A stretch of 64,000 nt of DNA from Chloroflexota bacterium. Its GTDB lineage: Bacteria > Chloroflexota > Dehalococcoidia > Bin125. Location: contig VXQT01000013.1 of the NCBI GenBank assembly GCA_009838915.1, positions 315,161 through 379,160 on the forward strand. The letters run 5' to 3'. This document shows positions 38,341 to 47,716 of the stretch, piece after piece; within the stretch, counting starts at the first letter, position 1, and the number at the start of each line of letters is the position of its first letter. Made by a program: the position numbers and the translations under genes. The notes under the pieces are model-generated. The model did not search any database, was not told the DNA's origin, and saw nothing but the letters and a program-made list of their open reading frames with translations.

Positions 38341-38382
38341 CATCGCGTTGGACAACCTCGAACAGACGAGAAGGAGCACAGA

Positions 38383-38799
38383 ATGGCTGACTACGCCGGC
38401 AGACTGCCCGTGGCAACGCCTGAGTCACAGCCCTACTGGGACGGCCTCAAAGAACACAAGCTGATGCTGCCCACCTGCGACGACTGCGGCCCGCACTTCT
38501 ACCCGCGACCGTTCTGTCCCATGCCCAAGTGCTTCAACTGGGACATCAAGTGGATGCAGGCCTCGGGCAAGGGCAAGGTGCATACCTTCGTCATCTCGCA
38601 CCAACCGATCCCCCCCTACAACAGCGAGGACAACGCGCCTCCGTACGTGATCGCCGTGATCGAACTCGAAGAGGGCCCGCGGATGATGTCCAACCTGATC
38701 ATTGACGACCCCTACTCGACCACCGTCGACATGGATGTCGAGATTGTCTTCGACGATGTAACCGACGAGGTCACGCTGCCCAAATTCAAGCCTGTCTAG
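38383..38799 (+). CDS. DUF35 Zn-ribbon/OB-fold protein
   Basis: ...LPTCDDCGPHFYPRPFCPMPKC... zinc ribbon plus an OB-fold. AAGGAG ribosome-binding site. Precedes the thiolase-like gene. Confidence 0.8.
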   Translation: MADYAGRLPVATPESQPYWDGLKEHKLMLPTCDDCGPHFYPRPFCPMPKCFNWDIKWMQASGKGKVHTFVISHQPIPPYNSEDNAPPYVIAVIELEEGPRMMSNLIIDDPYSTTVDMDVEIVFDDVTDEVTLPKFKPV

Positions 38800-38838
38800 A
38801 CGCCGACAACCAAGGCTCAATCGAAACGGAGACCACTC

Positions 38839-40041
38839 ATGGATCAGATTCGACACAAGGTCGCCATTGTCGGCGCTGCCGAGACCGATGATCTGGGTCA
38901 GCTACCCCATATGTCCCGCCTCGCGCTACATGCGCAGGCTGCCAAGAACGCGCTCGACGACGCCGGTATCTCGCTGGCCGACGTTGACGGTCTGCTCTGC
39001 GCCGGCGCTATCCCCAACGAGGTCGCCGAGTATCTCGGCATCCAGCCGCGCTACATCGACGGCACCTCCGTCGGCGGCTGCTCCTTCATGATTCACGTCC
39101 GCCACGCCGTCGCCGCGATCATGGCCGGCTACTGCGATGTCGCTCTGGTGACGCACGGTGAGAGCGGACGCTCCGGGGTCGACGCACCGCGCGGCGGCTC
39201 GGCATCGTCGCCGGGCGGACAGTACGAGGCGCCCTTCGCCATTGGCGGCGCGCCCACCACCTTCTCGATTCCCGTCCTGCGCCACTTCCACGAGTACGGC
39301 ACGACCAAAGAACACCTCGCCCACATCGCCGCGGCGACCCGCGCCTGGGCCAACCTCAACCCGATGGCGATGATGGGCAGCCACCGCCGGACACCTGAGC
39401 GCGGCGGCGGACCGATCACGCCGCAGGACGTGCTCAACTCGCGGATGATCTGCTACCCGTTTAACCTGCTCGACTGCTGCGTCGTCGCCGACGGCGGCGG
39501 CGCGCTCGTGCTCGTCTCCGAGGAACGGGCAAAGGACTACGCGAAGGACCCCGTTTACGTGCTGGGCGCAGGCGAGGCGGCGGCCCATTGGATGGTCTCG
39601 CAAATGCGCGACCACACAACCGCCGACGGCTACCGGATTGCCGGCGAGGCCGCCTACAAGAGCGCAGGGCTGGGACCGCAGGACATCGACCACTGCATGT
39701 TCTACGACGCCTTCACCTTCACCCCGTTGATGGCGGCCGAGGACCTGGGCTTCGTGCCCAAGGGCGAGGGCGGACCCTTCTTCGCCGAGACCAAGACCGG
39801 CCCAGACGGCGAGGTCATCTACAAGTCCGGCCCTGGCGGCGACTTCCCGATGAACACCAACGGCGGCGGCCTCTCCTACTGCCACACGGGCATGTATGGG
39901 ATGTTCGCGATCATCGAGTCTGTGCGCCAGCTGCGCGGCGAGTGCGGCGAACGCCAGGTGCCGAACGTCAACGTCAGCATGGCCCACGGCCCCGGCGGCA
40001 TGTTCGCCTCGGCCGGCACCTTGATCCTCGCGAACGCGTAA
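38839..40041 (+). CDS. Thiolase-like lipid-transfer protein (SCP-x/Ltp-type)
   Basis: 400 aa thiolase fold (...NTNGGGLSYCHTGMYGMF...). Partner of the upstream DUF35 gene. Confidence 0.8.
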   Translation: MDQIRHKVAIVGAAETDDLGQLPHMSRLALHAQAAKNALDDAGISLADVDGLLCAGAIPNEVAEYLGIQPRYIDGTSVGGCSFMIHVRHAVAAIMAGYCDVALVTHGESGRSGVDAPRGGSASSPGGQYEAPFAIGGAPTTFSIPVLRHFHEYGTTKEHLAHIAAATRAWANLNPMAMMGSHRRTPERGGGPITPQDVLNSRMICYPFNLLDCCVVADGGGALVLVSEERAKDYAKDPVYVLGAGEAAAHWMVSQMRDHTTADGYRIAGEAAYKSAGLGPQDIDHCMFYDAFTFTPLMAAEDLGFVPKGEGGPFFAETKTGPDGEVIYKSGPGGDFPMNTNGGGLSYCHTGMYGMFAIIESVRQLRGECGERQVPNVNVSMAHGPGGMFASAGTLILANA

Positions 40042-40061
40042 GGGCCCAGGCTCCATGCCGT

Positions 40062-40089
40062 GATCGGGCGGCCTGCGGGCTGCCCGATC
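40062..40089. terminator. GC-rich hairpin between convergent genes (putative bidirectional terminator)
   Basis: GATCGGGC-ggcctgcgggct-GCCCGATC (8-bp stem) between the thiolase (+) and the MFS gene (-). No U-tract. Confidence 0.4.
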
Positions 40090-40106
40090 CGATCCATCGG
40101 AAACAG

Positions 40107-41432
40107 CTACACCATGCGCGCGGGCGGATCGGGCCGGCGCGCCAGCAGGACGCTGAACGCGGCGCAGAGCAGCAGGCCGACAAAGACGATGTAGATCAGG
40201 TCGTACGACCCGCGATTGTCTATCACCAGACCCGAGACGAACGGTCCGAAGGCATTGAGAATCAGTTGAGGCGGCGCGGTGACTGAGCGGATGCGGCCCA
40301 CGGAGTAGCGCCCGAAGTAGTCGGGAAACGAAATCCGGTTGAGCGGCAACTGCGCGCCGAACGAGAGTCCGTGCCAGACGGCGAAGACGAACGCCATCCA
40401 GACTGTGTCGGTGAGAATGAACCAGACAACCGCGCTGGCCGTGACGCAGATCACCAACGGCAGCGCATAGCGCACCGCCATCCGCTGCCGCAGCTCGCCT
40501 CCGAACACGCCGCCGATGATCCCCATGCCCGCCCACAGCGCGAGGGCCGAGCGGGCGGTGTCAGCGTCAATCCCGTTCTGGGTCATGTGCGAGACGAAGG
40601 TGAAATTCACCGACCCACCGACCACCATCAGCATGGTGGTGCCGAAGAGGAGCAGCCAGAACGCGCGCGTGCGGATCGCCTCGCGTACCGTCCAGTCGGG
40701 ATCGTCCGCCGCCGGGGGCGCCGAGTCGGCGTCCATGCGTCGCCCGCTGCGGCGCAGACCGTCGGGGCGCAGCCCGACATCCTCCGGTCGACGCCGCATG
40801 ATCAGCGGCGGGACGAGGCCAACCACGACGATCAACAACGCCATCAGCAGGAAGGCTTCACGCAACCCGCCCAACCAGAATCCTGCCGTGATCACGAGCG
40901 GGAAGATCATCATCCCGCTGCGGGTGCCGATCATGGTCAGGCCCATTGCCGATCCTCGGCGCTGGATGAACCAGTTGGCGATCACGACCACTACCGCGAT
41001 GTCGATCACTGCCACCGTGATTCCGCGTCCGACGCCCCAGAGCAGCAGGAACTGCCACAGGCTGTCGATGAATCCCAGCGCCGCCATCACGCCGGCGACC
41101 AGGCCGACCGACACGAACAGCAGCATGCGCGGGCCGTGCCGATCGGCGATCGGACCGACGAATGTCGCCAGAACGCCGCCGCCGATACCGCCGATCACCA
41201 TCGTCAGTGCGATCGATGCCGTGCTCCAGCCGTACTCCGCCTGCAACTCGGGCGTCAATGCGCCAAGTACCGGATTGAAGAACGACACCGCCGCGAATGA
41301 ACTCATCGACGCCGCGGCAGCAATCCACCAACCGGCGAAGACGCGCCGGAACGGCCTCGAATACAGGAAGCCGGGAAGACGCTGGCGGCGTCGCTCGGGG
41401 AGCAGTTGGCGCGACGGATCGGGCAGGCTCAT
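40107..41432 (-). CDS. MFS transporter
   Basis: 12 predicted TM helices. Start reassigned to MSLPDPS (ATG 41432), avoiding overlap with the divergent dehydrogenase start. Confidence 0.75.
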   Translation of the reverse strand: MSLPDPSRQLLPERRRQRLPGFLYSRPFRRVFAGWWIAAAASMSSFAAVSFFNPVLGALTPELQAEYGWSTASIALTMVIGGIGGGVLATFVGPIADRHGPRMLLFVSVGLVAGVMAALGFIDSLWQFLLLWGVGRGITVAVIDIAVVVVIANWFIQRRGSAMGLTMIGTRSGMMIFPLVITAGFWLGGLREAFLLMALLIVVVGLVPPLIMRRRPEDVGLRPDGLRRSGRRMDADSAPPAADDPDWTVREAIRTRAFWLLLFGTTMLMVVGGSVNFTFVSHMTQNGIDADTARSALALWAGMGIIGGVFGGELRQRMAVRYALPLVICVTASAVVWFILTDTVWMAFVFAVWHGLSFGAQLPLNRISFPDYFGRYSVGRIRSVTAPPQLILNAFGPFVSGLVIDNRGSYDLIYIVFVGLLLCAAFSVLLARRPDPPARMV

Positions 41433-41486
41433 GAACGCCACTACCCTACCGCCAGACGAACACTCGAGTTCCGACACGGAGGCGGC

Positions 41487-42488
41487 ATGTCCAACTCATT
41501 GCTGCGCATCGGCGTAACGACCGAGCTCCATGAGCGCGCCGGCGCGCGGCTCCGCGAGGTCGCGCCCGACGCTGAGCCGGTCCTGCTCCATCCCGACGGT
41601 TCCTGGTCCGGCAATCCCGACCACCTCGACGGCTTTTTCTTCTCCGAGGATCTCTACTATCTGCCAGAAGCCGCCGGCGCCTTCATCGGTCTGCTGAACA
41701 CTGCGCGCCCCAGGTGGATGCAGACGGCCAGCACCGGCGTCGATCACGCCATTTTCGCCCACCTGATCGACTCCGGATCAATAGTCACCAATTCACCAGG
41801 CGTGCACGGCAGCCCCATCGCCGAGTACGTCTTTGCCTACATCCTCAGTCATGCCAAGCGGCTGCCTCAGCACGCGGCCCATCAAGTACAACGGCAGTGG
41901 TCTCCGCTGGACTCGGTCGAGCTGGCCGGGCAGACCCTGGGTATTGTCGGCTACGGCGGCATCGGGGAGGCCTGCGCCCGGCTCGGCCAGGCGTTCGGAA
42001 TGCGCACGATCGCGACCAAGCGACGTCCACCCAGCGACGACGTGCTGGACCTGCACCTCGCTCCCGACCGGCTGCATGACCTGCTCGCGGAAAGCGATTA
42101 TGTCGTGCTCTGCTGCCCGCTGACCGACGAGACGCTCAACCTGATCGACGCGGAGGCGCTGGCGGCCATGAAGCGCGATGCGCTGCTGATCAATGTCGCT
42201 CGAGGCAGGGTCGTGGATCACGATGCGCTGGGCGAGGCGCTGCGCAACGGAACGATCGCAGGGGCGGTGCTCGATGTCGTCCCGACGGAACCGTTGGCGG
42301 CCGACTCGCCGCTGTGGGACCTGCCCAACTGCCGGATCACGCCGCACGACTCATGCCACGTCGACGCCTCGTACCAGCGAACTGCGGAGTTCTTCTTCAC
42401 CAACCTGGCCCACCTGGTCGCCGGTGAGCCGCTGGAGTGGGTGGTCACCGACATTGAACTGTCCGATCCCAGTGAGGGAGACGTCTAG
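41487..42488 (+). CDS. D-isomer-specific 2-hydroxyacid dehydrogenase family protein (NAD-binding)
   Basis: GIVGYGGIG Rossmann motif and a catalytic ...ITPHDS...H... region. Start reassigned to MSNSLLRIGV (ATG 41487, GGAGG ribosome-binding site). Confidence 0.8.
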   Translation: MSNSLLRIGVTTELHERAGARLREVAPDAEPVLLHPDGSWSGNPDHLDGFFFSEDLYYLPEAAGAFIGLLNTARPRWMQTASTGVDHAIFAHLIDSGSIVTNSPGVHGSPIAEYVFAYILSHAKRLPQHAAHQVQRQWSPLDSVELAGQTLGIVGYGGIGEACARLGQAFGMRTIATKRRPPSDDVLDLHLAPDRLHDLLAESDYVVLCCPLTDETLNLIDAEALAAMKRDALLINVARGRVVDHDALGEALRNGTIAGAVLDVVPTEPLAADSPLWDLPNCRITPHDSCHVDASYQRTAEFFFTNLAHLVAGEPLEWVVTDIELSDPSEGDV

Positions 42489-42496
42489 GAGCCCCA

Positions 42497-43750
42497 ATGA
42501 CCAACAACACACACACACCCGGGCCCTTGGCCGGCATCCGCGTTCTGGACCTGACCTGGGTTCTCGCGGGACCATATGCCGCCATGATCCTCTGCGACCT
42601 GGGCGCAGAGGTCGTCAAGGTCGAGCGACCACCGCACGGCGACGTCGCCCGCACGACCGGGCCGTTTGTCAACAACGAATCGATGTACTTCCAGTCGGTC
42701 AACCGGGGCAAGAAGAGCATCTCGATTGATCTGCGCTCCGACGAGGGCCGCGACCTCTTTCTCCGCCTGGTCGACCAAGCCGATGTCGTCATGGAGAACT
42801 TCACGCCCGGCGTGATGGACAAGCTGGGCATCGGACCCGAAGCGCTCCTCGCGCGCAATCCGCGCCTGATCTTCGCCTCGACCTCAGGTTTCGGACAGAC
42901 CGGACCCTGGCGCGACAAGCCGGCGCTCGACATCATCGTCCAAGGCATGGGCGGGGTGATGAGCATCACCGGCTATCCGGACGAACCGCCGGCTCGCCCC
43001 GGCACGTCGATCGGCGACATTTGCGGTGGTCTCTACACCGCGGTCGGCATCCTCGCCGCATTGCGCGAGCGCGAACAGAGCGGCCAGGGGCAATCAGTCG
43101 ACATCTCGATGCTCGACTGCCAGATCGCGATCCTTGAGAACGCCGTGGCACGGTACTACGCGACCGGCGAGGAACCCGGCCCGTTGGGCACGCGACACCC
43201 GTCGGCGACGCCCTTCCAGGCGTTTCCGACGTCCGACGGCTGGATCGTCGTGGCGCTGTCCTGGGGCATCGCGACGCAGTGGGAGATCTTCTGCGCCGAG
43301 CTAGGTCTGCCAGAGCTGGTCGGCGACGAGCGCTTCGACACATCGTTCAAGCGCACCGAGAATCACGCCGAGCTTGAGCCGCTGCTGTTCGACGCCACGC
43401 GCAAACGAAGCACCGATCACTGGGTATCGACGCTTGCGCCGTACAGCATTCCGATTGGCCCGCTAAACACGATTGGACAGGCCGTGCAACAGGAGCAGAT
43501 CGCCGCGCGCGAGATGATTACTAGCGTCCAGCATCCGGTCGCAGGCGAGGTGACTATGGCCGCGTCGCCGCTCAAGTTGTCGCGCACTCCGGGTCGGGTC
43601 TACGGCCACGGCCCGCAGTTCGGCCAGGATACCGTCAATGTGCTGAGTGAATGGCTCGACATCGCGCCGGAGGAGACCGAACGGCTTGCCGACGCGGGCA
43701 TCGTCCTGACCGAAGGCGGCCCGGACATTGCCGCCTATCTGAGCGCTTGA
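42497..43750 (+). CDS. CoA-transferase family III (CaiB/BaiF) protein
   Basis: LAGIRVLDLTWVLAGPYAAMILCDLGAEVVKVE with full-length family conservation. AGGAG ribosome-binding site. Confidence 0.88.
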   Translation: MTNNTHTPGPLAGIRVLDLTWVLAGPYAAMILCDLGAEVVKVERPPHGDVARTTGPFVNNESMYFQSVNRGKKSISIDLRSDEGRDLFLRLVDQADVVMENFTPGVMDKLGIGPEALLARNPRLIFASTSGFGQTGPWRDKPALDIIVQGMGGVMSITGYPDEPPARPGTSIGDICGGLYTAVGILAALREREQSGQGQSVDISMLDCQIAILENAVARYYATGEEPGPLGTRHPSATPFQAFPTSDGWIVVALSWGIATQWEIFCAELGLPELVGDERFDTSFKRTENHAELEPLLFDATRKRSTDHWVSTLAPYSIPIGPLNTIGQAVQQEQIAAREMITSVQHPVAGEVTMAASPLKLSRTPGRVYGHGPQFGQDTVNVLSEWLDIAPEETERLADAGIVLTEGGPDIAAYLSA

Positions 43751-43751
43751 C

Positions 43752-44111
43752 GTGACGATCGGGGAACGACTCACGACTCTCCTTGTCGCGCTCAAGCGGC
43801 GGCTGCGACCGGAGCCAATCGAGATCGAGCTGGATGTCGTCGAGCAGCTCATCGTGCAGCACCTGCTGCTCGTTGAACAGGCAACGTTTGGCGACTTGGT
43901 TGACGCGGTGCTCGTCTCCCGACCGACTGCAAACCAGCAACAGGTGCGGCTTTCGTTGATTCGCTTCGAGTCGTTCCGACTCATCAACCGCATCCTGCAT
44001 CCCGAGTTAGAGCCCGGGAAACAGATGTCGTTTACGCTCACTGCGGACGGTCTGCGGCTTCGGGCGGTGATCCCCGCCGTGCCCCGATCGCGCATCCAAA
44101 CCTGGCTCTGA
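43752..44111 (+). CDS. Hypothetical small protein, possible winged-helix DNA-binding regulator
   Basis: 119 aa with a GTG start one base after the CoA-transferase stop. Coding-like GC3. Helix-rich ...VEQLIVQHLLLVEQATFGDLVDAV... Function unknown. Confidence 0.4.
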   Translation: MTIGERLTTLLVALKRRLRPEPIEIELDVVEQLIVQHLLLVEQATFGDLVDAVLVSRPTANQQQVRLSLIRFESFRLINRILHPELEPGKQMSFTLTADGLRLRAVIPAVPRSRIQTWL

Positions 44112-44137
44112 TTCCGCGTTCACTGGAGGACTGTTTG

Positions 44138-45136
44138 ATGGCGAAGTACAAGGTCTATCACATCGACTCGCGGCCAGAACGTCAACCGCACGCTGCGGAA
44201 GCCGAGCAGATTGCCAAGGCCGACGCCGAGTTGATCCCGCTCTCGCCGGAGCAGCAGGAGGACGTTGCCGCGCATGTTGCCGATGCAGACGGCATCATCT
44301 GCGGCTACCGGCAGGTGGGTAAGGAGATCTTCGACGCCGCGCCCAATCTCAAGGTCGTGGTGCGCTATGGGATCGGCTTCGACAACATCGACTGGCAGAC
44401 AGCGATCGATTACGACATCGTCGTCTGCAACATCACCGACTACTGCATCAACGAAGTCGCCACGCACGCGATCTCGCTACTCTTGGCGCTGAACCGGAAG
44501 CTGATCGCGCACAACGATGCCGCCCGCGCGGGAGAGCGAGTTCCGCTGGGTCCGTCGGGACCGCTCTACGGCGAGACCCTGGGACTGGTCGCATTCGGGC
44601 ACATCGCGCAGCAGGCCGCAATCCGTGCGCAGGCGTTCGGGCTCAACGTCATCGCCTTTGACCCGTACCAGGACCCGGCCGCCGCCGAAGCGGCCGGTGT
44701 GCGTCTCACTTCACTGGAAGAAGTCATGCAAGCCGACTACGTTTCGGTGCATCCGCCGCTGAGCCCGGAAACGCGCGGACTGGTGGGCGCCGATCAACTG
44801 GCGCTGATGAAACCGACGGCGTACCTGATCACCACCTGCCGCGGGGGCGTGGTTGACGAGCAGGCGCTCTACGACGCGCTGAAGCGCGGTCAACTGGCGG
44901 GTGCGGGCGTTGACGTGTGGGATCCCGAGCCGGTGCACAAGGATCACCCGCTGCTCGAGTTCGACAACGTGATCGCCACGCCGCACTCCGCCTTCTACTC
45001 CGACAACTCGATGCCGCTGCTGCTTCAGCGTGTCGGAGAGGCCGCGGCGGATGTTCTGCAGGGGTACATGCCTCGGTCAGTGGTCAACAAGGCGGTCCTG
45101 GACAGGGTCACGCTGTCGCCGCATCCGGATCGCTAG
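44138..45136 (+). CDS. D-isomer-specific 2-hydroxyacid dehydrogenase family protein
   Basis: GLVAFGHIAQ NAD-binding motif and a catalytic ...TPHSAFYS... region. GGAGGA ribosome-binding site 7 nt before the ATG at 44138. Confidence 0.8.
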   Translation: MAKYKVYHIDSRPERQPHAAEAEQIAKADAELIPLSPEQQEDVAAHVADADGIICGYRQVGKEIFDAAPNLKVVVRYGIGFDNIDWQTAIDYDIVVCNITDYCINEVATHAISLLLALNRKLIAHNDAARAGERVPLGPSGPLYGETLGLVAFGHIAQQAAIRAQAFGLNVIAFDPYQDPAAAEAAGVRLTSLEEVMQADYVSVHPPLSPETRGLVGADQLALMKPTAYLITTCRGGVVDEQALYDALKRGQLAGAGVDVWDPEPVHKDHPLLEFDNVIATPHSAFYSDNSMPLLLQRVGEAAADVLQGYMPRSVVNKAVLDRVTLSPHPDR

Positions 45137-45336
45137 GCACACACCCAGCTAGACCAGCGGGCTTGGCGCCGCATTCGCCCGGGCTGCAATGGACGCGGCC
45201 TGCCGCGAACACTGAATCGAAACTCTTCGTCCAGCCGAAACTTCGGCCTCATCGTGTACGCTTTTCTGCAATGTAGACGACATTGGAGTGTGCCCGATCC
45301 ACGCCGTCAGGCGGGTGGGCGGTGGAGGATTTGCCA

Positions 45337-46113
45337 ATGCGACCCAACACGGTGAAGCGACTCTGGGCGGAGGGCAAGCCCGCCTTCGGCGCCTGGCTTG
45401 GTACCTGTTCGCCACTTGCGGCCGAATCGATGGCGCATCAGGGTTGGGACTGGCTCGTCGTTGACGGCGAACATTCGCCCGTCGATCTCCAGACCATGAT
45501 TCAGATGTTCCAGGCCATCTCGACGACCGACACGATTCCCATGGCCCGGGCACAGTGGAACGACCCCGTGATCATCAAGCGCATCCTTGACGGCGGCGCG
45601 TACGGCGTGGTGATTCCCTGGGTCAACAACCGCGCCGAGGCGGAGCAGGCTGTTTCGGCCTGCCGCTACCCGCCCGACGGACTGCGCGGCTTCGGCGCGT
45701 ATCGAGGCTTCCTTTATGGCGGGCCCGATTACGGAGACGAGGCAAACAACGAGATTGCCTGCATCATTCAGATCGAGACGATCGAGGCAGTCGAGCGGAT
45801 CGACGAGATCCTATCCGTTCCCGGCATCGACGCGACGTGCATCGGACCGGCCGACCTTGCCAAATCGATGGGCATCCCGGTCCGACCCGACAATCCGCAC
45901 CCGGACCATGTTGCCGCGTGCGCCGAAGTGCTGGCCGCCTCTCAACGGATCGACAACCGAGTCGCGCCGGGCATCTTCACCTCCGGTCCGGTTGAAGCCA
46001 AGCGCCGCGCCGAGGAGGGCTGGCTGTACATCCCATCCGGCAGTGATGGGCAGTTCATGGCTCAGGCCTCCGCCCAGGGATTGCGCACCGTCCGCAGCTA
46101 CGGTCAGGACTAG
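45337..46113 (+). CDS. HpcH/HpaI-family class II aldolase (2-keto-3-deoxy-acid aldolase)
   Basis: ...WDWLVVDGEHSPVD..., ...RYPPDGLRGFG... Start reassigned to MRPNTVKRLW (ATG 45337, GGAGG ribosome-binding site). Confidence 0.8.
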   Translation: MRPNTVKRLWAEGKPAFGAWLGTCSPLAAESMAHQGWDWLVVDGEHSPVDLQTMIQMFQAISTTDTIPMARAQWNDPVIIKRILDGGAYGVVIPWVNNRAEAEQAVSACRYPPDGLRGFGAYRGFLYGGPDYGDEANNEIACIIQIETIEAVERIDEILSVPGIDATCIGPADLAKSMGIPVRPDNPHPDHVAACAEVLAASQRIDNRVAPGIFTSGPVEAKRRAEEGWLYIPSGSDGQFMAQASAQGLRTVRSYGQD

Positions 46114-46115
46114 GC

Positions 46116-47228
46116 ATGGCCTGGACTGGACGGGAAGCGCCAGAGAATCGACGCCGATTCGACGCCGAACAACTGCGCGGCTTCACTTCGGCGATTCTGC
46201 GGTCGTACGGCGTTCCGCAACAGGATGCGGAAGTCGGTGCGGACGTGTTGATTGACGCTGATCTTGTAGGGATCGACTCACACGGAATCGCTCACTTGCC
46301 CTGGCACATTGGTTACGCGCCGGGCTTCGAGTCCGGCGTGGTCAATCCAACCCCGGAGATCAAGGTTCTACGCGAGACACCGGTATCGGCGGCCTGGGAC
46401 GGGGATGGCGGGTTTGGCACAATCGTCTGCCACAAGGCGATGTCGACCTGCATCGAGAAAGCACAGACCAGCGGTCTGGGCATGGTCACCGTGCGCAACG
46501 GACGCCACTTCGGCGCGGCCGGCTACTACGCGCACATGGCGGTCGAACACGATCTGATCGGTATGGCGATGTGCAACGCGCCGCCGATCGGACTCGCGTC
46601 GGGCGGCAAGCGCCGAGTCTATGGTACGAACCCGATCGCAATGGCGGCTCCGGTCGACGATGACACCCCGTTTCGCCTCGACATCGCCACGACAGCCGTA
46701 GCCGGCGGCAAGCTTGAAATCGCGGGCCGGCAGGGCAAGCCGCTGCCGGTCGGCTGGGCGCTCGACGAAGACGGTAAGCACACCGACGACCCGTTTATCC
46801 TGCGAAAGAACGGCGGCCTGCTGCCGCTCGGATCGACGATCACGACCAGCTCCCACAAGGGTTACGGACTGGGGCTGATGGTTGACATCCTGACGGGCGT
46901 GCTTTCGGGGGACGGTTCGGGCATGTTCATTCCCCGTGGGCAAAGCCTGATCCAGGGTCAGTGGTTCGCCGCCTGGCGAATCGACCTGTTCTGCGATCCG
47001 GACGAGTTCAAATCCAACATGAAGCGCATGGTCGACGCGATCCGCGATGTGCCGCCGGTGGACGAGGTAGAGCGGGTCGTAATCCCGGGTGATCCTGAAG
47101 AGATCGCTCGCGCCGACCGCAGCCTCAAGGGCGTGCCGCTGGACGACGAGACGATTGAACAGCTGATCGCGCTGGGAGAGCAACGCGGCGTCGCGTTCCC
47201 GGCTCCAATGCAGGGAGGCGGAGCGTAG
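46116..47228 (+). CDS. Ldh2-family (malate/L-lactate/L-sulfolactate type) NAD(P)H-dependent dehydrogenase
   Basis: ...GIDSHGIAHLP..., ...GTNPIAMAAP..., ...HKGYGLGLMVDILTG... Ldh_2 family motifs. Confidence 0.8.
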   Translation: MAWTGREAPENRRRFDAEQLRGFTSAILRSYGVPQQDAEVGADVLIDADLVGIDSHGIAHLPWHIGYAPGFESGVVNPTPEIKVLRETPVSAAWDGDGGFGTIVCHKAMSTCIEKAQTSGLGMVTVRNGRHFGAAGYYAHMAVEHDLIGMAMCNAPPIGLASGGKRRVYGTNPIAMAAPVDDDTPFRLDIATTAVAGGKLEIAGRQGKPLPVGWALDEDGKHTDDPFILRKNGGLLPLGSTITTSSHKGYGLGLMVDILTGVLSGDGSGMFIPRGQSLIQGQWFAAWRIDLFCDPDEFKSNMKRMVDAIRDVPPVDEVERVVIPGDPEEIARADRSLKGVPLDDETIEQLIALGEQRGVAFPAPMQGGGA

Positions 47229-47716
47229 TGTCAGAGATCAACACCCAGACCGACAGTTTGATTGAGAACATCCTCAATAACTACGGACGCGCCGCTGGCG
47301 TATTCGACCCGAATCGGCTTGAAGTCTGGGAAGAGTTGGGACTGACGATGTCCCAGTTACGCGTCCTGTACCTGTTGCAGGCCGGACCGGGAACCCCAGC
47401 CGGCGCGGTGGCGGCATATCTCAAGGTGCGCCCCTCGACCGCGACCGGCATCATCGATCGGCTCGTTCGCGACGGCCTTGTGCGTCGCGAGCGGGACGAC
47501 CTGGATCGTCGCCGGGTTCGAATCTGGCTAACCGACCAGGGGATGAAGGTGATCAACGAGATTCGCACGCGCAATCGCGCGGTGATCTGGAAGATCTTTC
47601 GCAACTTCAGCGAGCAAGAGCTCCAGGAAATCAACCGGACCTTTGCCCTGTTAACCTCTGAGGCGGAACGCCAGGGAGTACTTGCGCCCTGGCCGCCTGA
47701 TCCCGAGGTGATGTAA
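47228..47716 (+). CDS. MarR-family transcriptional regulator
   Basis: ...LTMSQLRVLYLL...GIIDRLVRDGLVRRERDDLDRRRVRIWLTDQG... winged helix. GTG start overlapping the upstream stop. Confidence 0.85.
   Translation: MSEINTQTDSLIENILNNYGRAAGVFDPNRLEVWEELGLTMSQLRVLYLLQAGPGTPAGAVAAYLKVRPSTATGIIDRLVRDGLVRRERDDLDRRRVRIWLTDQGMKVINEIRTRNRAVIWKIFRNFSEQELQEINRTFALLTSEAERQGVLAPWPPDPEVM

Noticed and set aside
38926-40536. 536-aa minus-strand ORF spanning the thiolase and the intergenic region
   Set aside because: Antisense to the thiolase-like CDS, low-complexity R/A/G-rich, and it crosses a convergent intergenic hairpin.
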